IMG/VR virus record: IMGVR_UViG_3300036783_000353
Span: 1 to 49,454 of that record
Strand: one strand, 5' to 3'
Length of the DNA stretch: 49,454 nucleotides
Source of the DNA: a virus
Taxonomy: Duplodnaviria > Caudoviricetes
The position numbers were made by a program, and so were the translations under genes. Positions within the stretch are counted from its first letter, which is position 1. Every line of letters begins with the position of its first letter. Positions 1-10,002 of the stretch are shown in pieces. The notes under the pieces are model-generated. The model searched no databases. It saw nothing but the letters and a program-made list of their open reading frames with translations, and was not told the origin of the DNA.

Positions 1-447
1 ATGAAAATGAAGAAAATCAGCCTTGTCGCCACATACAACGCTGAAAACAAACAGGCCGTAAAGTCATTGGTCTCCAACCCTGCGGTTACCGAACTTCATG
101 AGCTAATTCTCGTTAACGAGGGGAACACTGAAGACATTATTGACCCCGCAGCAACATCAATCCGCATTACAAATTTCACGCACAATTGTGAGCCGCTTGT
201 AATGGCCGTGGGCGCTCATTACGCCAGCGGCCAGGTGGTCGTTTTGTGTAGGCAGCCCGACAGCATTACAGCGGGCCTGTGTAAGCAATTGCACAAAGCA
301 CGACGCCGTTATAGCCCCGGAGCCGGGCTTCATGTCTTTATGGATTCCGATCTACCGTGGGAGTACGACATTGAGACGGGATTTGCGAGAGGGGAAAAAG
401 GACGCTTCATCAATCTTGCGTGGGAAGTGGTAAATGTGGAAGGGTAA
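1..447 (+). CDS. Short degenerate GT2/GtrB-like domain protein
   Basis: KISLV...YN...ELILVNEGNTE...ITNFTHN...GAHYASGQVVV parallels the GtrB/GT2 N-terminus (KISLVVPVFNE...IVFINDGSKD...FTRNFG...GLDHATGDAV), but the DxD is missing at the expected position. Confidence 0.45.
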   Translation: MKMKKISLVATYNAENKQAVKSLVSNPAVTELHELILVNEGNTEDIIDPAATSIRITNFTHNCEPLVMAVGAHYASGQVVVLCRQPDSITAGLCKQLHKARRRYSPGAGLHVFMDSDLPWEYDIETGFARGEKGRFINLAWEVVNVEG

Positions 448-577
448 TCCGCATGCGGAGTTAATCTTTGCCGTCCTAACACTTGGATTTACGTTGTGCG
501 CATTAGGGCTTTTGGCATGGGATAGCTGGCGTGTATTCCGTCGCTATCTGAAAAGCAGGAAAGATAAGGGGCAATAA
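434..577 (+). CDS. 47-aa single-pass membrane peptide (not in ORF track)
   Basis: Manual translation MWKGNPHAELIFAVLTLGFTLCALGLLAWDSWRVFRRYLKSRKDKGQ*: hydrophobic helix plus basic tail. Overlaps the upstream ORF by 14 nt and ends inside the terminator. Confidence 0.55.
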   Translation: MWKGNPHAELIFAVLTLGFTLCALGLLAWDSWRVFRRYLKSRKDKGQ

Positions 578-587
578 TGCCCCTTTT
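566..587. terminator. Intrinsic terminator between convergent genes
   Basis: AAGGGGCA-ATAA-TGCCCCTT-TT hairpin. Confidence 0.75.
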
Positions 588-592
588 GTCAT

Positions 593-1009
593 TTATGCGC
601 TTGGAGGAACGGGCCAGGCAATATCCGGCGCGGTACTGGTATCAACCCGGTTGACTTCTACTCGATACGTTTTCCAGGAATCGAGCTGTGTAACTTCTTC
701 ATCCGTTGCAATACCAAGATCAACAGCATCCTGCAGAGGTGCGATCTTCGCTGTAGCCTCCGCAAGATGTTGAGATTTTTCTGTCTCAGCCGCAGCGACA
801 TAATCAACGACAGGTTCCGATAAAATCGGAAACCCATACTCATCAGCAACGATTTCGTTTCCTTTAGTTTGTCCATCCATCAGATAGTTGTACCATCGAT
901 CCGAAATTTCCACTGCATCGACAGGCCAACCTATCCCAGCCTCAAATGCAGCACGATCTTCCTCGTAAAGAAAACCGGACATTGTTGCACTGTAATAATA
1001 CTTACCCAT
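593..1009 (-). CDS. Tail fibre assembly chaperone (Tfa-like)
   Basis: [16 protein letters not shown]...[20 protein letters not shown]-terminal motif; lies downstream of the tail fibre gene. Confidence 0.9.
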   Translation of the reverse strand: MGKYYYSATMSGFLYEEDRAAFEAGIGWPVDAVEISDRWYNYLMDGQTKGNEIVADEYGFPILSEPVVDYVAAAETEKSQHLAEATAKIAPLQDAVDLGIATDEEVTQLDSWKTYRVEVNRVDTSTAPDIAWPVPPSA

Positions 1010-1012
1010 TAT

Positions 1013-2686
1013 TTAATACCCCACAGCCCAGACCAACGCCGCAACATTTCCATTATCACCATATGATTTGTTGGGCATTACGACACAATTTGAATTTGTT
1101 TTAGATATAAGCTGATAATTTTGCTCGGCATCTATGCTGTTCGATAAGTTAAACGTACCTACACTTACAAAAAGACACGCATTCGGAAATGCCTTCGGGA
1201 ATGTAACAGTCTGGTTATTGTTATTATTTGCAGTTGCTCCCTGGCACCACTGATATATCAACCCTGTACTTGCATCCTGCGACCACCCATTTGCGGCTTT
1301 AGATGCAGTATTAGGCGCAGCGTAACTGCCTTTTGCTTGGTAACGCGCATCAAAATTGGCATAATTTGAAGGGATTGTCTGGCCGGTAATGTTAAGGTTT
1401 TTACTGTTTGCGCAGTTAATACTGACCGCCCCGTCAGACTTTAATATAAGGGTATTATTTCCACCCTTGTAGTTATTAAAAACTGCGTCGTCATTACCAT
1501 TAGAGCCTTTCCCGACATACCATGAACCTTCTCCAGCAGAATTCTGAGAAATCAGGTAACTCGAACTGCCTGCAGTTTGCGGCTTTAACGTGATAGCGCC
1601 ACTATCAGTATTCATGATGAGCTTACCCGTCATTGTGCCGCCAGCAAGAGGAAGCGCCCCGACATCAGCAGCCGTGGGCTTCTGAAATTCAGTATAAATT
1701 TTCCCCCAGGCACCAAATACTCCTTGAGGATTCGACCCCGCAATACCGATTAGTGGAGCCTGTCCACCCTGCTTGGCTATAAGATGAACTTGTGAGCCTG
1801 AGTCGTACCCAAAGCTGATTAGAGCTGCATTTCCATATGTCGGATCTGTCTGGACGCCGTAAAAACCATTTGTCAGCGGTTTTTTCGCCTGGTCTGCCGT
1901 AAGCAAAATTGTTGTGCCATATCCCCCCAGACCGCCATAACCTACTGTGAGAACCCTGCCAGCAGTAGTATCGATTGGTGAAGTAACAATGTCTTTAAAT
2001 GCGGCTGTACCAAGTCCAGCATAAATAGCCCCCGGATTCGCCACGTTGAAGAACGTTTTGGAGTTATCGAGCAGGCAGACAAGCGCCACGTCTTTAAGAA
2101 TGTCGTTCGCTACCAGCTGCGCCTTATTCCCTTTGTAGAGCGGGAATGAGCCAAGAACCTTACCGCCCATCGTCAGCTGCAGGGTTGCGGCAGCAGTGTT
2201 GTTCTGTGACGGGTATACAACTAACGGGGTTTTTAGCACCCAATCCACTGAGCCATTCAGGAAAAACGTTGAGGGCAATTCCAGGGTCAGGGCGTTAGCC
2301 GAACCACCCGCAGTACCGGAGGTGTAAAAGCCACTCTGGATGTGCGCCACTTGCGGAAAGATATTTTCCGAGCCACGGGTAGCAAAGTTGGCGATCACAT
2401 CTTTCAGTGACCAACCTTTCGCCGTCGTGCCCTCCTGCCCACGAATTACTGTCAGGGTATCGTTGCTGACGTCGATCAGATGACAAATTTCGAATGCTGT
2501 TTCACCCGCATCGGTCAGCGTAATTTTGGCGAAGTTCTTCAGCGTGGTGGATTTGTTGCTGAAATCCGATGTCAGCAGCGTCGAAAATAACGGCCCATCG
2601 CCGGGCATTACTGAGATAGCCGTCTGACTTGCCGTAATGTCAGATGCCAGCGAGGAAACCAGGTTGTTACCGAAACCCAATATCAT
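1013..2686 (-). CDS. Tail fibre protein
   Basis: GLGTAA, KPTAADVGALP and C-terminal NGW..D.STGLIYQW...VTFPKAFPNAC fibre motifs; follows the baseplate genes. Confidence 0.9.
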   Translation of the reverse strand: MILGFGNNLVSSLASDITASQTAISVMPGDGPLFSTLLTSDFSNKSTTLKNFAKITLTDAGETAFEICHLIDVSNDTLTVIRGQEGTTAKGWSLKDVIANFATRGSENIFPQVAHIQSGFYTSGTAGGSANALTLELPSTFFLNGSVDWVLKTPLVVYPSQNNTAAATLQLTMGGKVLGSFPLYKGNKAQLVANDILKDVALVCLLDNSKTFFNVANPGAIYAGLGTAAFKDIVTSPIDTTAGRVLTVGYGGLGGYGTTILLTADQAKKPLTNGFYGVQTDPTYGNAALISFGYDSGSQVHLIAKQGGQAPLIGIAGSNPQGVFGAWGKIYTEFQKPTAADVGALPLAGGTMTGKLIMNTDSGAITLKPQTAGSSSYLISQNSAGEGSWYVGKGSNGNDDAVFNNYKGGNNTLILKSDGAVSINCANSKNLNITGQTIPSNYANFDARYQAKGSYAAPNTASKAANGWSQDASTGLIYQWCQGATANNNNNQTVTFPKAFPNACLFVSVGTFNLSNSIDAEQNYQLISKTNSNCVVMPNKSYGDNGNVAALVWAVGY

Positions 2687-2712
2687 TTTTTCACCATTTC
2701 CAGTGAGTAGGA

Positions 2713-3336
2713 TTAATTAGAAAAATCGACAGTGAAGCTGTAGATAAACGGCAGTTTTACAATCCCCTGCTCTATTGCCTCTTTGAGAAATTGCCCGACA
2801 CTATCAGTCGAGTCAGGCAGCAAAATAGAGAACACACCATTGTTCGGTACGACAGAAATATCGAAGGTGTCCGTAACCGGAGGGTCAATACCGTTTGGGC
2901 CACGCAGGAAACGTGCGATGCGGCGTTTCAGCCAGTCGATGTTGAACTGCACGCCATCGGCTTTGTAGAAATTCCAGGTGAGTATTCGTTTGAAATAGTC
3001 ATCAACAACATACGTTGTGGCACCGGGAATAAAGTTCTTCATCCCTGCATAGGGGATCGTGTTGTAATCGATGGTGTTGTAAGCACCTTTCGCAATGGCT
3101 TCCTGAGAAACCATCAGGAGCGGTCGCGTTTCTCCGTAAATTCCTTCGACCACCCAATCGAGCAGCTTTCCAGATAGCGCTGGCGACGGCCAATACGGAA
3201 GGCTAAGTGAGTTAAGTTCGTCCAGATACTCCTGAGCCATCTCGTTATAGGCATCAAAAAACGCAACGATATTTGGGTCATCCCTGTACTGCACAAACGG
3301 GTAAGACGGGATGATTTTACTAACTGGCGCTTCCAT
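2713..3336 (-). CDS. Baseplate wedge subunit (gpI-position protein)
   Basis: Lies between the baseplate J-like gene and the tail fibre; LLDWV..GIYG and DDYFKRILTW motifs. Confidence 0.7.
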   Translation of the reverse strand: MEAPVSKIIPSYPFVQYRDDPNIVAFFDAYNEMAQEYLDELNSLSLPYWPSPALSGKLLDWVVEGIYGETRPLLMVSQEAIAKGAYNTIDYNTIPYAGMKNFIPGATTYVVDDYFKRILTWNFYKADGVQFNIDWLKRRIARFLRGPNGIDPPVTDTFDISVVPNNGVFSILLPDSTDSVGQFLKEAIEQGIVKLPFIYSFTVDFSN

Positions 3337-4546
3337 ATTTTTCTACCTGGATCTGACCTGCGGTCGTGGTGAAATAGCCGTATGTGTCGCCATAAACGAG
3401 AGTGGAATCTGCTCCCGGCGGCACAATTGTTCCGTTAATGCCGACCTGAATGTTGATCATCGAGACCAGGGACGGAGGCACGAGTCCCTGCACAGATTCA
3501 AGAAAAATCTCCTGAATCTGGAGGATGTTGATTGGCTGGCCAACTGCGATGGATTCGACGTAATCCGCCACTGGCTGCTGCACGGCATTTGAAACACCGA
3601 CAGGATCGATGTAATTGGTAGAGGCAGTATTCCAGGTGATGAACACCGTTGCGGTTTGCGACGTTGGGACGATATACGGCAGCTGATAACTGTCCGGGTA
3701 AACGTCAATCTGAATCGTCTTTTTATCTACGGCTGCGCCTGAAGGATTGCTTACGTCATTTGTCAGCACGGAAATATCTGGGACCGCTTTGTAAATGGCA
3801 TACGCCACTTCATACGGATCACCGCCGCCAACAATGGCAACCCATTTCCCGAGTGTTGCCTGACGGAAAGAAATCAGGTTGGACTGAACACCATCGACTT
3901 GTTGCAACTGTGAATGGAAATAGTCTGGCGTTCCCTGCGCCGCCTTCATCCCGGACTGCATCACTTCGGCGCGGTACGAAGAGTACGACTGCTCTGCGAG
4001 ACCTGGCAGCCCTGCTGTGAGGTTCGTACAGGTGACGTTGTACGTTTTCGGCACTGAGGTAACAATTTGAGTAACGGAACCTTCAGGCACAGCCCAAGAC
4101 CCTGGTGACGTTGCAAGGCAGTACATCGGTTCGGTCTGGCCGCTTGCTGGCGTTACAGCATCACGCACAACAGCGTATTGGTTATTTCCGTCACCTACAG
4201 TGAATCCTTTTGGCACTGAGAATCCCGGCGGTGCCGAGAAAACAACGTACACAGAGGTGTTTGTCCCCATGTCCTGCGGCACACCATATAAACTCCCCAG
4301 TTCCATTAGCAGCGGGATATTGGCGCCATAGGGGGTGCAAGAGTTGATGAGGTCTACACGAGCCTGATCAATCAGAGCAATAGCGCCCGTCGCAGTACCG
4401 GCTAAATCCGCAATGAGACCTGACGGAAGATTAGCTGTATAGCCGGGAACTTTGGCACTGACACGAGAAATAAGACTGGCTAAAATGCTTTTGGGTGGCG
4501 TGGGCTGTGCTCCCGCCTCGGTCATGATTATGGGTAGATCAGACAT
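3320..4546 (-). CDS. Baseplate J/gp47-like protein
   Basis: 408 aa; LMELGSLYGV, VVFS.PPGF.VPKGFTVGDG and VTCTN..AGLPG...SY.SYR patterns typical of baseplate J; SD GGGGAG. Confidence 0.8.
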   Translation of the reverse strand: MSDLPIIMTEAGAQPTPPKSILASLISRVSAKVPGYTANLPSGLIADLAGTATGAIALIDQARVDLINSCTPYGANIPLLMELGSLYGVPQDMGTNTSVYVVFSAPPGFSVPKGFTVGDGNNQYAVVRDAVTPASGQTEPMYCLATSPGSWAVPEGSVTQIVTSVPKTYNVTCTNLTAGLPGLAEQSYSSYRAEVMQSGMKAAQGTPDYFHSQLQQVDGVQSNLISFRQATLGKWVAIVGGGDPYEVAYAIYKAVPDISVLTNDVSNPSGAAVDKKTIQIDVYPDSYQLPYIVPTSQTATVFITWNTASTNYIDPVGVSNAVQQPVADYVESIAVGQPINILQIQEIFLESVQGLVPPSLVSMINIQVGINGTIVPPGADSTLVYGDTYGYFTTTAGQIQVEKYGSAS

Positions 4547-4566
4547 AGACTCCCCTAAGGATATTT

Positions 4567-5061
4567 ATGAATAAAATTTTAATTGCATCATTATTCGTTG
4601 CTGCCTTCTCAAATTCAGTTTCGGCGAAAACGGAATGGTATACGGAACAATTGCCTGGTGGCTTGTCAACGTTGACAGGTGTATTCGATAAGAGCGGTGT
4701 CGGTGTAATATTTGGATGTACAGAAAATTTCTTTTCAGCTGGTGCAATATTTTTGAAGATTAATAAAAATGCTAGTGAACCTGGTCCGACACAAATAAAA
4801 ATTTCCACATCCAAAAATGAGAATGTAGATTTTTCCGCAGATCTTGTTCCTTCAGCTGAAGACAACTACATTTTTATGTCATCAAACGCCATTGCGTCCC
4901 TCACTACATTCCATTTTCTGGATACAGCGAGCAATCAACCCTTTCAGATTGAATTAAGTAACAGCAAACTATCACTCACGAATAGATGGCTTGTTGATAC
5001 ATCGGGATCTCAGGAACCAATAAAAGAATTCAAAAAAAGCTGCCCTCTCATCGACCGATAA
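4567..5061 (+). CDS. Secreted hypothetical protein (moron, opposite strand)
   Basis: AT-rich; Sec signal peptide MNKILIASLFVAAFSNSVSA; two Cys; SD AAGGA. Confidence 0.8.
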   Translation: MNKILIASLFVAAFSNSVSAKTEWYTEQLPGGLSTLTGVFDKSGVGVIFGCTENFFSAGAIFLKINKNASEPGPTQIKISTSKNENVDFSADLVPSAEDNYIFMSSNAIASLTTFHFLDTASNQPFQIELSNSKLSLTNRWLVDTSGSQEPIKEFKKSCPLIDR

Positions 5062-5063
5062 AT

Positions 5064-5411
5064 TCAAACGGCGATGACCTTCTGAAAGCTAACTCCATTA
5101 TAAAATACAACATCAATGTTGTAAGTGGGGTTGGCTGCCCCATCCACTTTTGAGATAGCCAATGACGAAAAATATCCAGCGAATTGCTGCTGCGTCATGT
5201 TCACATAATAGTCTGGGTAAATTTGCTGAGTGATGGACTGCTGCGCGGGAATACCGTACTGCGCATAAAATGGAGATTCTCCCAGGCTTAACTTCAGTGT
5301 TTGGATCAATGTAGTCAGCCAGCCGTAGGAAAAGTCTCCGCTGTCATCCTGCTCCACAGCTACCCACTGTTTGTTCCCGTTCGCGTCTGTGACGCGGCCC
5401 CAGGTCCTCAT
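5064..5411 (-). CDS. Baseplate protein (gp25/W-position)
   Basis: Likely start MRTWGR at 5411 (SD AGGGG); L.LGESPFY..YGIP motif; follows the spike gene. Confidence 0.65.
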   Translation of the reverse strand: MRTWGRVTDANGNKQWVAVEQDDSGDFSYGWLTTLIQTLKLSLGESPFYAQYGIPAQQSITQQIYPDYYVNMTQQQFAGYFSSLAISKVDGAANPTYNIDVVFYNGVSFQKVIAV

Positions 5412-5415
5412 TGTT

Positions 5416-6141
5416 TTATCCCCCTGCAGTTGGTGTTGGAGGTTCGGAATCGATTGTTGAACTGCCCGACTGAACATTTTTGACCGGATGAGGGTGGCCG
5501 ATCAGACTTACGCCGCCGGCTACAACGTCGTTTGTGACGTTCACTGGTCCAATAAACGTTGCTGTGGTGTCGCCCATTTCACTGGCATCCTGAACAATTG
5601 GGCCATTAAGGTGTATGGTGCCACCTCCCAGATATATGTCTTTCGCGTTCAGATAAATGGCGTCAGCTTTTTCAGTGATTTTCCCCTGCTCTACAGTGAT
5701 GCTGCTGGCCCCATCTGCCGTTTTTATAATCGCACCGTCTGGACCATAGAGAACGATTTTGTTCGGATCTTCTTTCGTCCAGCCAGCGCTGGATAACGGC
5801 ACAAAGAAAAGTGGGACCAGTGAAAGCGTAAGTGAACGACTGGCAATTCCGGTGCCGAGTCCAGATATTCCCCTCAGTGAAACATCAGCTGCCACCGTGA
5901 CACCTTTGTCACCCTTCTGGATCGGATATCGAATGTACTCGAAAGTCGCGATAGGGATCGTTATTTGCGGGTACTGCGTGCCATCAGGCAGCATGTCAAA
6001 CTGCACTGTGACGATCTGCCCGTCAACCGCCACAACATGACACGGCAGGGATCGGCCTTGAATAGCCGCTCGGTCCTCTGTCGCGACCTTGTTTGCGTTG
6101 CTCTGGGCTGTCAAAAAGGAAAATTTTTGTCCGTTGCTCAT
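5416..6141 (-). CDS. Baseplate central spike (GpV/gp138-like)
   Basis: N-terminal OB-like LPCHVVAVDGQIVTVQ, beta-helix-like repeats and C-terminal GGVSLIGHPH (HxH metal tip). Confidence 0.85.
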   Translation of the reverse strand: MSNGQKFSFLTAQSNANKVATEDRAAIQGRSLPCHVVAVDGQIVTVQFDMLPDGTQYPQITIPIATFEYIRYPIQKGDKGVTVAADVSLRGISGLGTGIASRSLTLSLVPLFFVPLSSAGWTKEDPNKIVLYGPDGAIIKTADGASSITVEQGKITEKADAIYLNAKDIYLGGGTIHLNGPIVQDASEMGDTTATFIGPVNVTNDVVAGGVSLIGHPHPVKNVQSGSSTIDSEPPTPTAGG

Positions 6142-7142
6142 GTTGTATTTTTCGCCAGCGCGACGGCCTCGTAAATGGTTACCCAGGAATTTGTGTTATC
6201 GGGGTTCAGAAACTCCCCTACATGCCTGACAGAAGTGACCAAAAATTTACCCGAGAAGTTGACCTGCTCCCGTAACGAGGAATAAGAACGTTCGGAACTC
6301 ACTGCCAACAACGCACCCGGTCCAGAAATGATGTTTTGCGGTAACTCAATGGAATCACCACAGCGCAGATCGGTACGCATAGGGCATTTGAACGAAACGC
6401 TTACTGGGCCAATCCACGTTGGCTGACCGAGCAATTCCTGAGGAAGTATCTGAATGCCTCCTGCGGCACCTTTGATGTTGTCAAAAATACGGATCGTCTT
6501 GTCTTGCATGACCATCTGCACCCCGGTGTAATCGTCCCGATTGATGAAGGAAAACGACTGGCTCCTAATTGTCGTCGCAAGCTGCGTAAGCCGGGTATAA
6601 ACCCCCACCCCGTCCTCCGCTAAAACCAGTTCGTCACTAATCGCGATTTCTATTGTAAAACCTGGGTATGCAACCTTGAGTGCGCGGTTGAGAACGTCAC
6701 TCAATTTCTCCCCCATTTTGCCATCCAGCGTAATACTTGCCGCCTGCCCTTTATCGTTCAATAACGGACTGGGGTTAACGATAAGATTGAGCGACTGATT
6801 GGTGCCGAGCCAGTTCGCATAGGGATTGTAAATCTGACCACTAAGGATCAACCCGGCCTGCCCAGGATTCGCCAGGGGTAACCCAGCTGAAAAACCCGCC
6901 ATAAGGCTCACCTGACAGCCAGCCAGCTGTGCGCTTTCGCGCAACATCGTCACCGGCACGCCAAAAATAACGATCTCCGTACCGGAGTTGACGACGTCAT
7001 ATCCCGTAATTAATGCGTCAAAAACGATATGCAGCCCGGCGCCAGGAGTGAGCGAACTGTCAAAAGGACCAATCGGATTACCTGCTGAGTCAAGCGGTGT
7101 TTTCCCGTCCTTATCGGTAATTTCCAGTTTGTAGTATTTCAT
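6138..7142 (-). CDS. Baseplate hub protein
   Basis: 334 aa directly upstream of the spike; LLGQPTW and FSGKFLVTSVRHVGE motifs. Confidence 0.7.
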   Translation of the reverse strand: MKYYKLEITDKDGKTPLDSAGNPIGPFDSSLTPGAGLHIVFDALITGYDVVNSGTEIVIFGVPVTMLRESAQLAGCQVSLMAGFSAGLPLANPGQAGLILSGQIYNPYANWLGTNQSLNLIVNPSPLLNDKGQAASITLDGKMGEKLSDVLNRALKVAYPGFTIEIAISDELVLAEDGVGVYTRLTQLATTIRSQSFSFINRDDYTGVQMVMQDKTIRIFDNIKGAAGGIQILPQELLGQPTWIGPVSVSFKCPMRTDLRCGDSIELPQNIISGPGALLAVSSERSYSSLREQVNFSGKFLVTSVRHVGEFLNPDNTNSWVTIYEAVALAKNTT

Positions 7143-7408
7143 CAGGTCGCCTCAAACTGATTCGAGCTGACTCTATAAACAAGAGAACCAGGCGCATAGG
7201 GAAGCGCCAGATTGATATCAAAGTTATCCGGCGAACCGATGAGGGGAACGAACGAAACATTTCGCCCCTGCCCATCGGTTAATCTAAGGTAATATCGATT
7301 CGCATAGAGGTTATACGGGACAGTGGCGAACAGCTTCGCACCACCCACAGTCGTCTGAAACGAAAAAGGTGTTTTCCCGTCTGGTTTAAAGGCTATCGTG
7401 GTTGTCAT
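7142..7408 (-). CDS. Small baseplate (plug-like) protein
   Basis: Size and position; YNLYANRYYLRLTD motif. Confidence 0.6.
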   Translation of the reverse strand: MTTTIAFKPDGKTPFSFQTTVGGAKLFATVPYNLYANRYYLRLTDGQGRNVSFVPLIGSPDNFDINLALPYAPGSLVYRVSSNQFEAT

Positions 7409-7416
7409 ACTGAGAC

Positions 7417-8085
7417 CTATAATTTCGGGATCATCGGTACCAGATCACCGTTACCGCTCCAGGAAAGAGTCGAGGAAGGGAACGAAGGCGGCATTCCCGA
7501 TTCAAATTTACTCATAAGGTTGCCGAGAGCGGCGTCCACCTGAGAGATCGTTAGCAGTGGCTGTTCAAATTCCATCTGCCAGGTATGCTGAACCTGCTTG
7601 TTCTGTTCCGAGAAACCCGACACGTCGATCATCGTTCGTAGCAAGCAGCCTGTGTAAATGAACGATGGCGTCATAACTACGTAGTAACCGCCGCTCTGGT
7701 TGTGCTTGTCGAGCGCAAGTTTCAGCGCCGCGAAAGTGATCCCCTTTGTCGCATAGCCACCATTCTGGGTTGAAGCTGGCCGCACCATTTGCATGATCAC
7801 CCGGTTAGGCCGGTTCACGACAGAGTTTGCAGCCGTAACCATGTTGTAAAAATTCACGGTACCAATATCTTGCTGAACGAGTGTAGTTCCGGCCATCGGT
7901 GTGAACGCCGTTGACTGGCCACTCAATTCGCCGTGCAGTAACCCATCGACAATGCTCACACCTTCGGTCAGCACCGCGATAGGCATTGCTCCGCCGGGGA
8001 TCGAGGCAGCTATACCGTCAATAAGTAAAATTGGGGAAATTTCAAAGGCCAGTTTGAACGCCTGGCCAAAGTAGTTCAGAGCCAT
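7417..8085 (-). CDS. Tail tube initiator-like protein
   Basis: Immediately follows the tape measure gene; called by synteny only. Confidence 0.5.
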   Translation of the reverse strand: MALNYFGQAFKLAFEISPILLIDGIAASIPGGAMPIAVLTEGVSIVDGLLHGELSGQSTAFTPMAGTTLVQQDIGTVNFYNMVTAANSVVNRPNRVIMQMVRPASTQNGGYATKGITFAALKLALDKHNQSGGYYVVMTPSFIYTGCLLRTMIDVSGFSEQNKQVQHTWQMEFEQPLLTISQVDAALGNLMSKFESGMPPSFPSSTLSWSGNGDLVPMIPKL

Positions 8086-8088
8086 CAG

Positions 8089-10002
8089 TTACCTCGGCGT
8101 TATGTAAATGCCCCTCATCTGCGCTGTAATATCCGAACCAGGCATCTGGCCGATCTGCAGGTTAATGGTCGCACGGTCATTTTTCCCGCCCTGTGCCAGC
8201 GTGCTGCTTGCTGTTTCAAGTTGCTGCTTCAGGCCCGGATGCTGTTCAACACCGCCCTTAACCTGCGGCAGGATTTTTAGCAGGTAATCGACCGTCTCCT
8301 TTTTCAGGCTAAGATTCCCGTCAGCCATTACTGCTGCGTTACCACCATTGTACTGCGCCAGTGATTTAGCTATGTCTCCGCCGTATCGCTTAAGGTTGTC
8401 CTGGAAATAGCGAGATGCTGCATCTGCAGATTTAGTCGGGTCATATCGATCTCCAGCAGAAAGGCCATAGCGCTGCGCTGTATCAGCCGTAAATTGAAAA
8501 AGCCCGGCGGCCCCGGACGACGAATTGAATGCTTTCGGGTTCCATGAGGATTCAGTATCTGCGACAGCGGTCATCAAGCCAGATGGAAGTCCGGCGCTTT
8601 CATTCACCTTTGAAACGTTATCGCGCAACCCCTCTTTGTAACCACTCCAGCCACCAGCCTTCCAGCGATCACCGACGGTATCAGCGGTCACGTTTCCACC
8701 AGTAAGCAGGCCCAGCGTAGTGTTACCCAAAGCCTTTAAGAAACCCATCACACTGCCGTTCTCATCGGCGGCCTGTTGCGGCGTCATGCCCTTCTTCTTC
8801 AACTCTTCAGGACTGGTTTTCACGTCAAAGCTGCTGGATTTTCTGGCATCCTCAACGGATTCAGGGGCTTTTATTCCGTAGTTCGCGAGCCAGTCGATAG
8901 CGCTTCCGATAGCCTGAGCTATTCGCTTCACGGCTTTTGAAAAACTGTCCAGATCTCTCTGGAAATCATCACTACCGAGCCAGTTCCCAAGTTTCTGCAA
9001 GCCGTTTGCCAGGGTGTCGAAGAGAGCCTGGCCGTTCCTGCCATTCAGGAATTTTTCGATGCTGGCAGTCAGGTTGTCAGAGATTCTACCGATCGGGCCG
9101 TTGAGTCTCGCCAGAGCCTTGAGAAACGTGTTACCGATGCGGTCAGCATTGTAGGCAAACTGCGCAGAAAGCTCCTGATAGCTTTGCTGCGTCTCACTGC
9201 CCATCCCCTGGTCAAGACTTTGGGATTGCGCGGCAAATTGCTTATTCAACTGCGGCAACCGATCACTATTCGCCAGCACCTGATTCGCAGTAGCAACATC
9301 GATCACCCCATCGAGGCCATAGCCTTTCAGAACGGCTTGAGATACCCCGGTTCCTTTGTACTGTTTGAGAAGGCTCGAAACCCCCTCGAGCAATTTAGGC
9401 AGATTTGCTGCAGCACCGTCTTGCGGCTTAATGCCCAGACTCATTAATCCGGCATATTGAGGATTGGAGGGATCATTCTGCGCAGCGGCCAGAGCCTGCA
9501 TGATGTTGCCGGTGCCGGAAATACGCGAACCGTAAACGTTGTTGGCCGCCTGCATCTGCCCGGTTGAGACACCAAGCCCCTGAGCAGATCTGTACTGCTC
9601 TGTAACGCGGTGAGCCATGAATCCATAACCGAACATCCCACCGCCACCTATTGCAGCAAGACGAGCGCCCCACGTTACCGTTGTGGTGAATAGCCCCCTA
9701 AGCGTCGATGTGGTAACACCGAGTGTTTTGTTGATCAGCCCAAAAGTTTTCAGAGTCCCCTGAGCATCCTTATTCAAGCTTTTAAGAAATTTATCGAGTG
9801 GACCTTCCACTTCTTTTTTGCCCTTCCCCTCATCACTGCCGGGAGTGGGATGAGCAGGCGGCGACGGTGGGATTTGCGGCATCGGGAAACCGCCCGGCCC
9901 GACGGAAAACGCCGCCTTAAATTTCTCTGAAATATCGTTTAGAGCCGCAATTTTTGACTCATCAATATCCAGAGTCAGGACAGGTAACTGATCACCGGAC
10001 AT
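8089..10002 (-). CDS. Tape measure protein with C-terminal lytic transglycosylase (SLT) domain
   Basis: Ala/Gly-rich helical protein; TESSWNPKA.NSSSGAAGLFQF..TA..YG and LAQYNGG SLT motifs. Confidence 0.9.
   Translation of the reverse strand: MSGDQLPVLTLDIDESKIAALNDISEKFKAAFSVGPGGFPMPQIPPSPPAHPTPGSDEGKGKKEVEGPLDKFLKSLNKDAQGTLKTFGLINKTLGVTTSTLRGLFTTTVTWGARLAAIGGGGMFGYGFMAHRVTEQYRSAQGLGVSTGQMQAANNVYGSRISGTGNIMQALAAAQNDPSNPQYAGLMSLGIKPQDGAAANLPKLLEGVSSLLKQYKGTGVSQAVLKGYGLDGVIDVATANQVLANSDRLPQLNKQFAAQSQSLDQGMGSETQQSYQELSAQFAYNADRIGNTFLKALARLNGPIGRISDNLTASIEKFLNGRNGQALFDTLANGLQKLGNWLGSDDFQRDLDSFSKAVKRIAQAIGSAIDWLANYGIKAPESVEDARKSSSFDVKTSPEELKKKGMTPQQAADENGSVMGFLKALGNTTLGLLTGGNVTADTVGDRWKAGGWSGYKEGLRDNVSKVNESAGLPSGLMTAVADTESSWNPKAFNSSSGAAGLFQFTADTAQRYGLSAGDRYDPTKSADAASRYFQDNLKRYGGDIAKSLAQYNGGNAAVMADGNLSLKKETVDYLLKILPQVKGGVEQHPGLKQQLETASSTLAQGGKNDRATINLQIGQMPGSDITAQMRGIYITPR

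Noticed and set aside
593-2686. Invertible tail fibre cassette or diversity-generating retroelement
   Set aside because: No invertase, reverse transcriptase, inverted crossover sites or duplicated variable repeat seen in the window.
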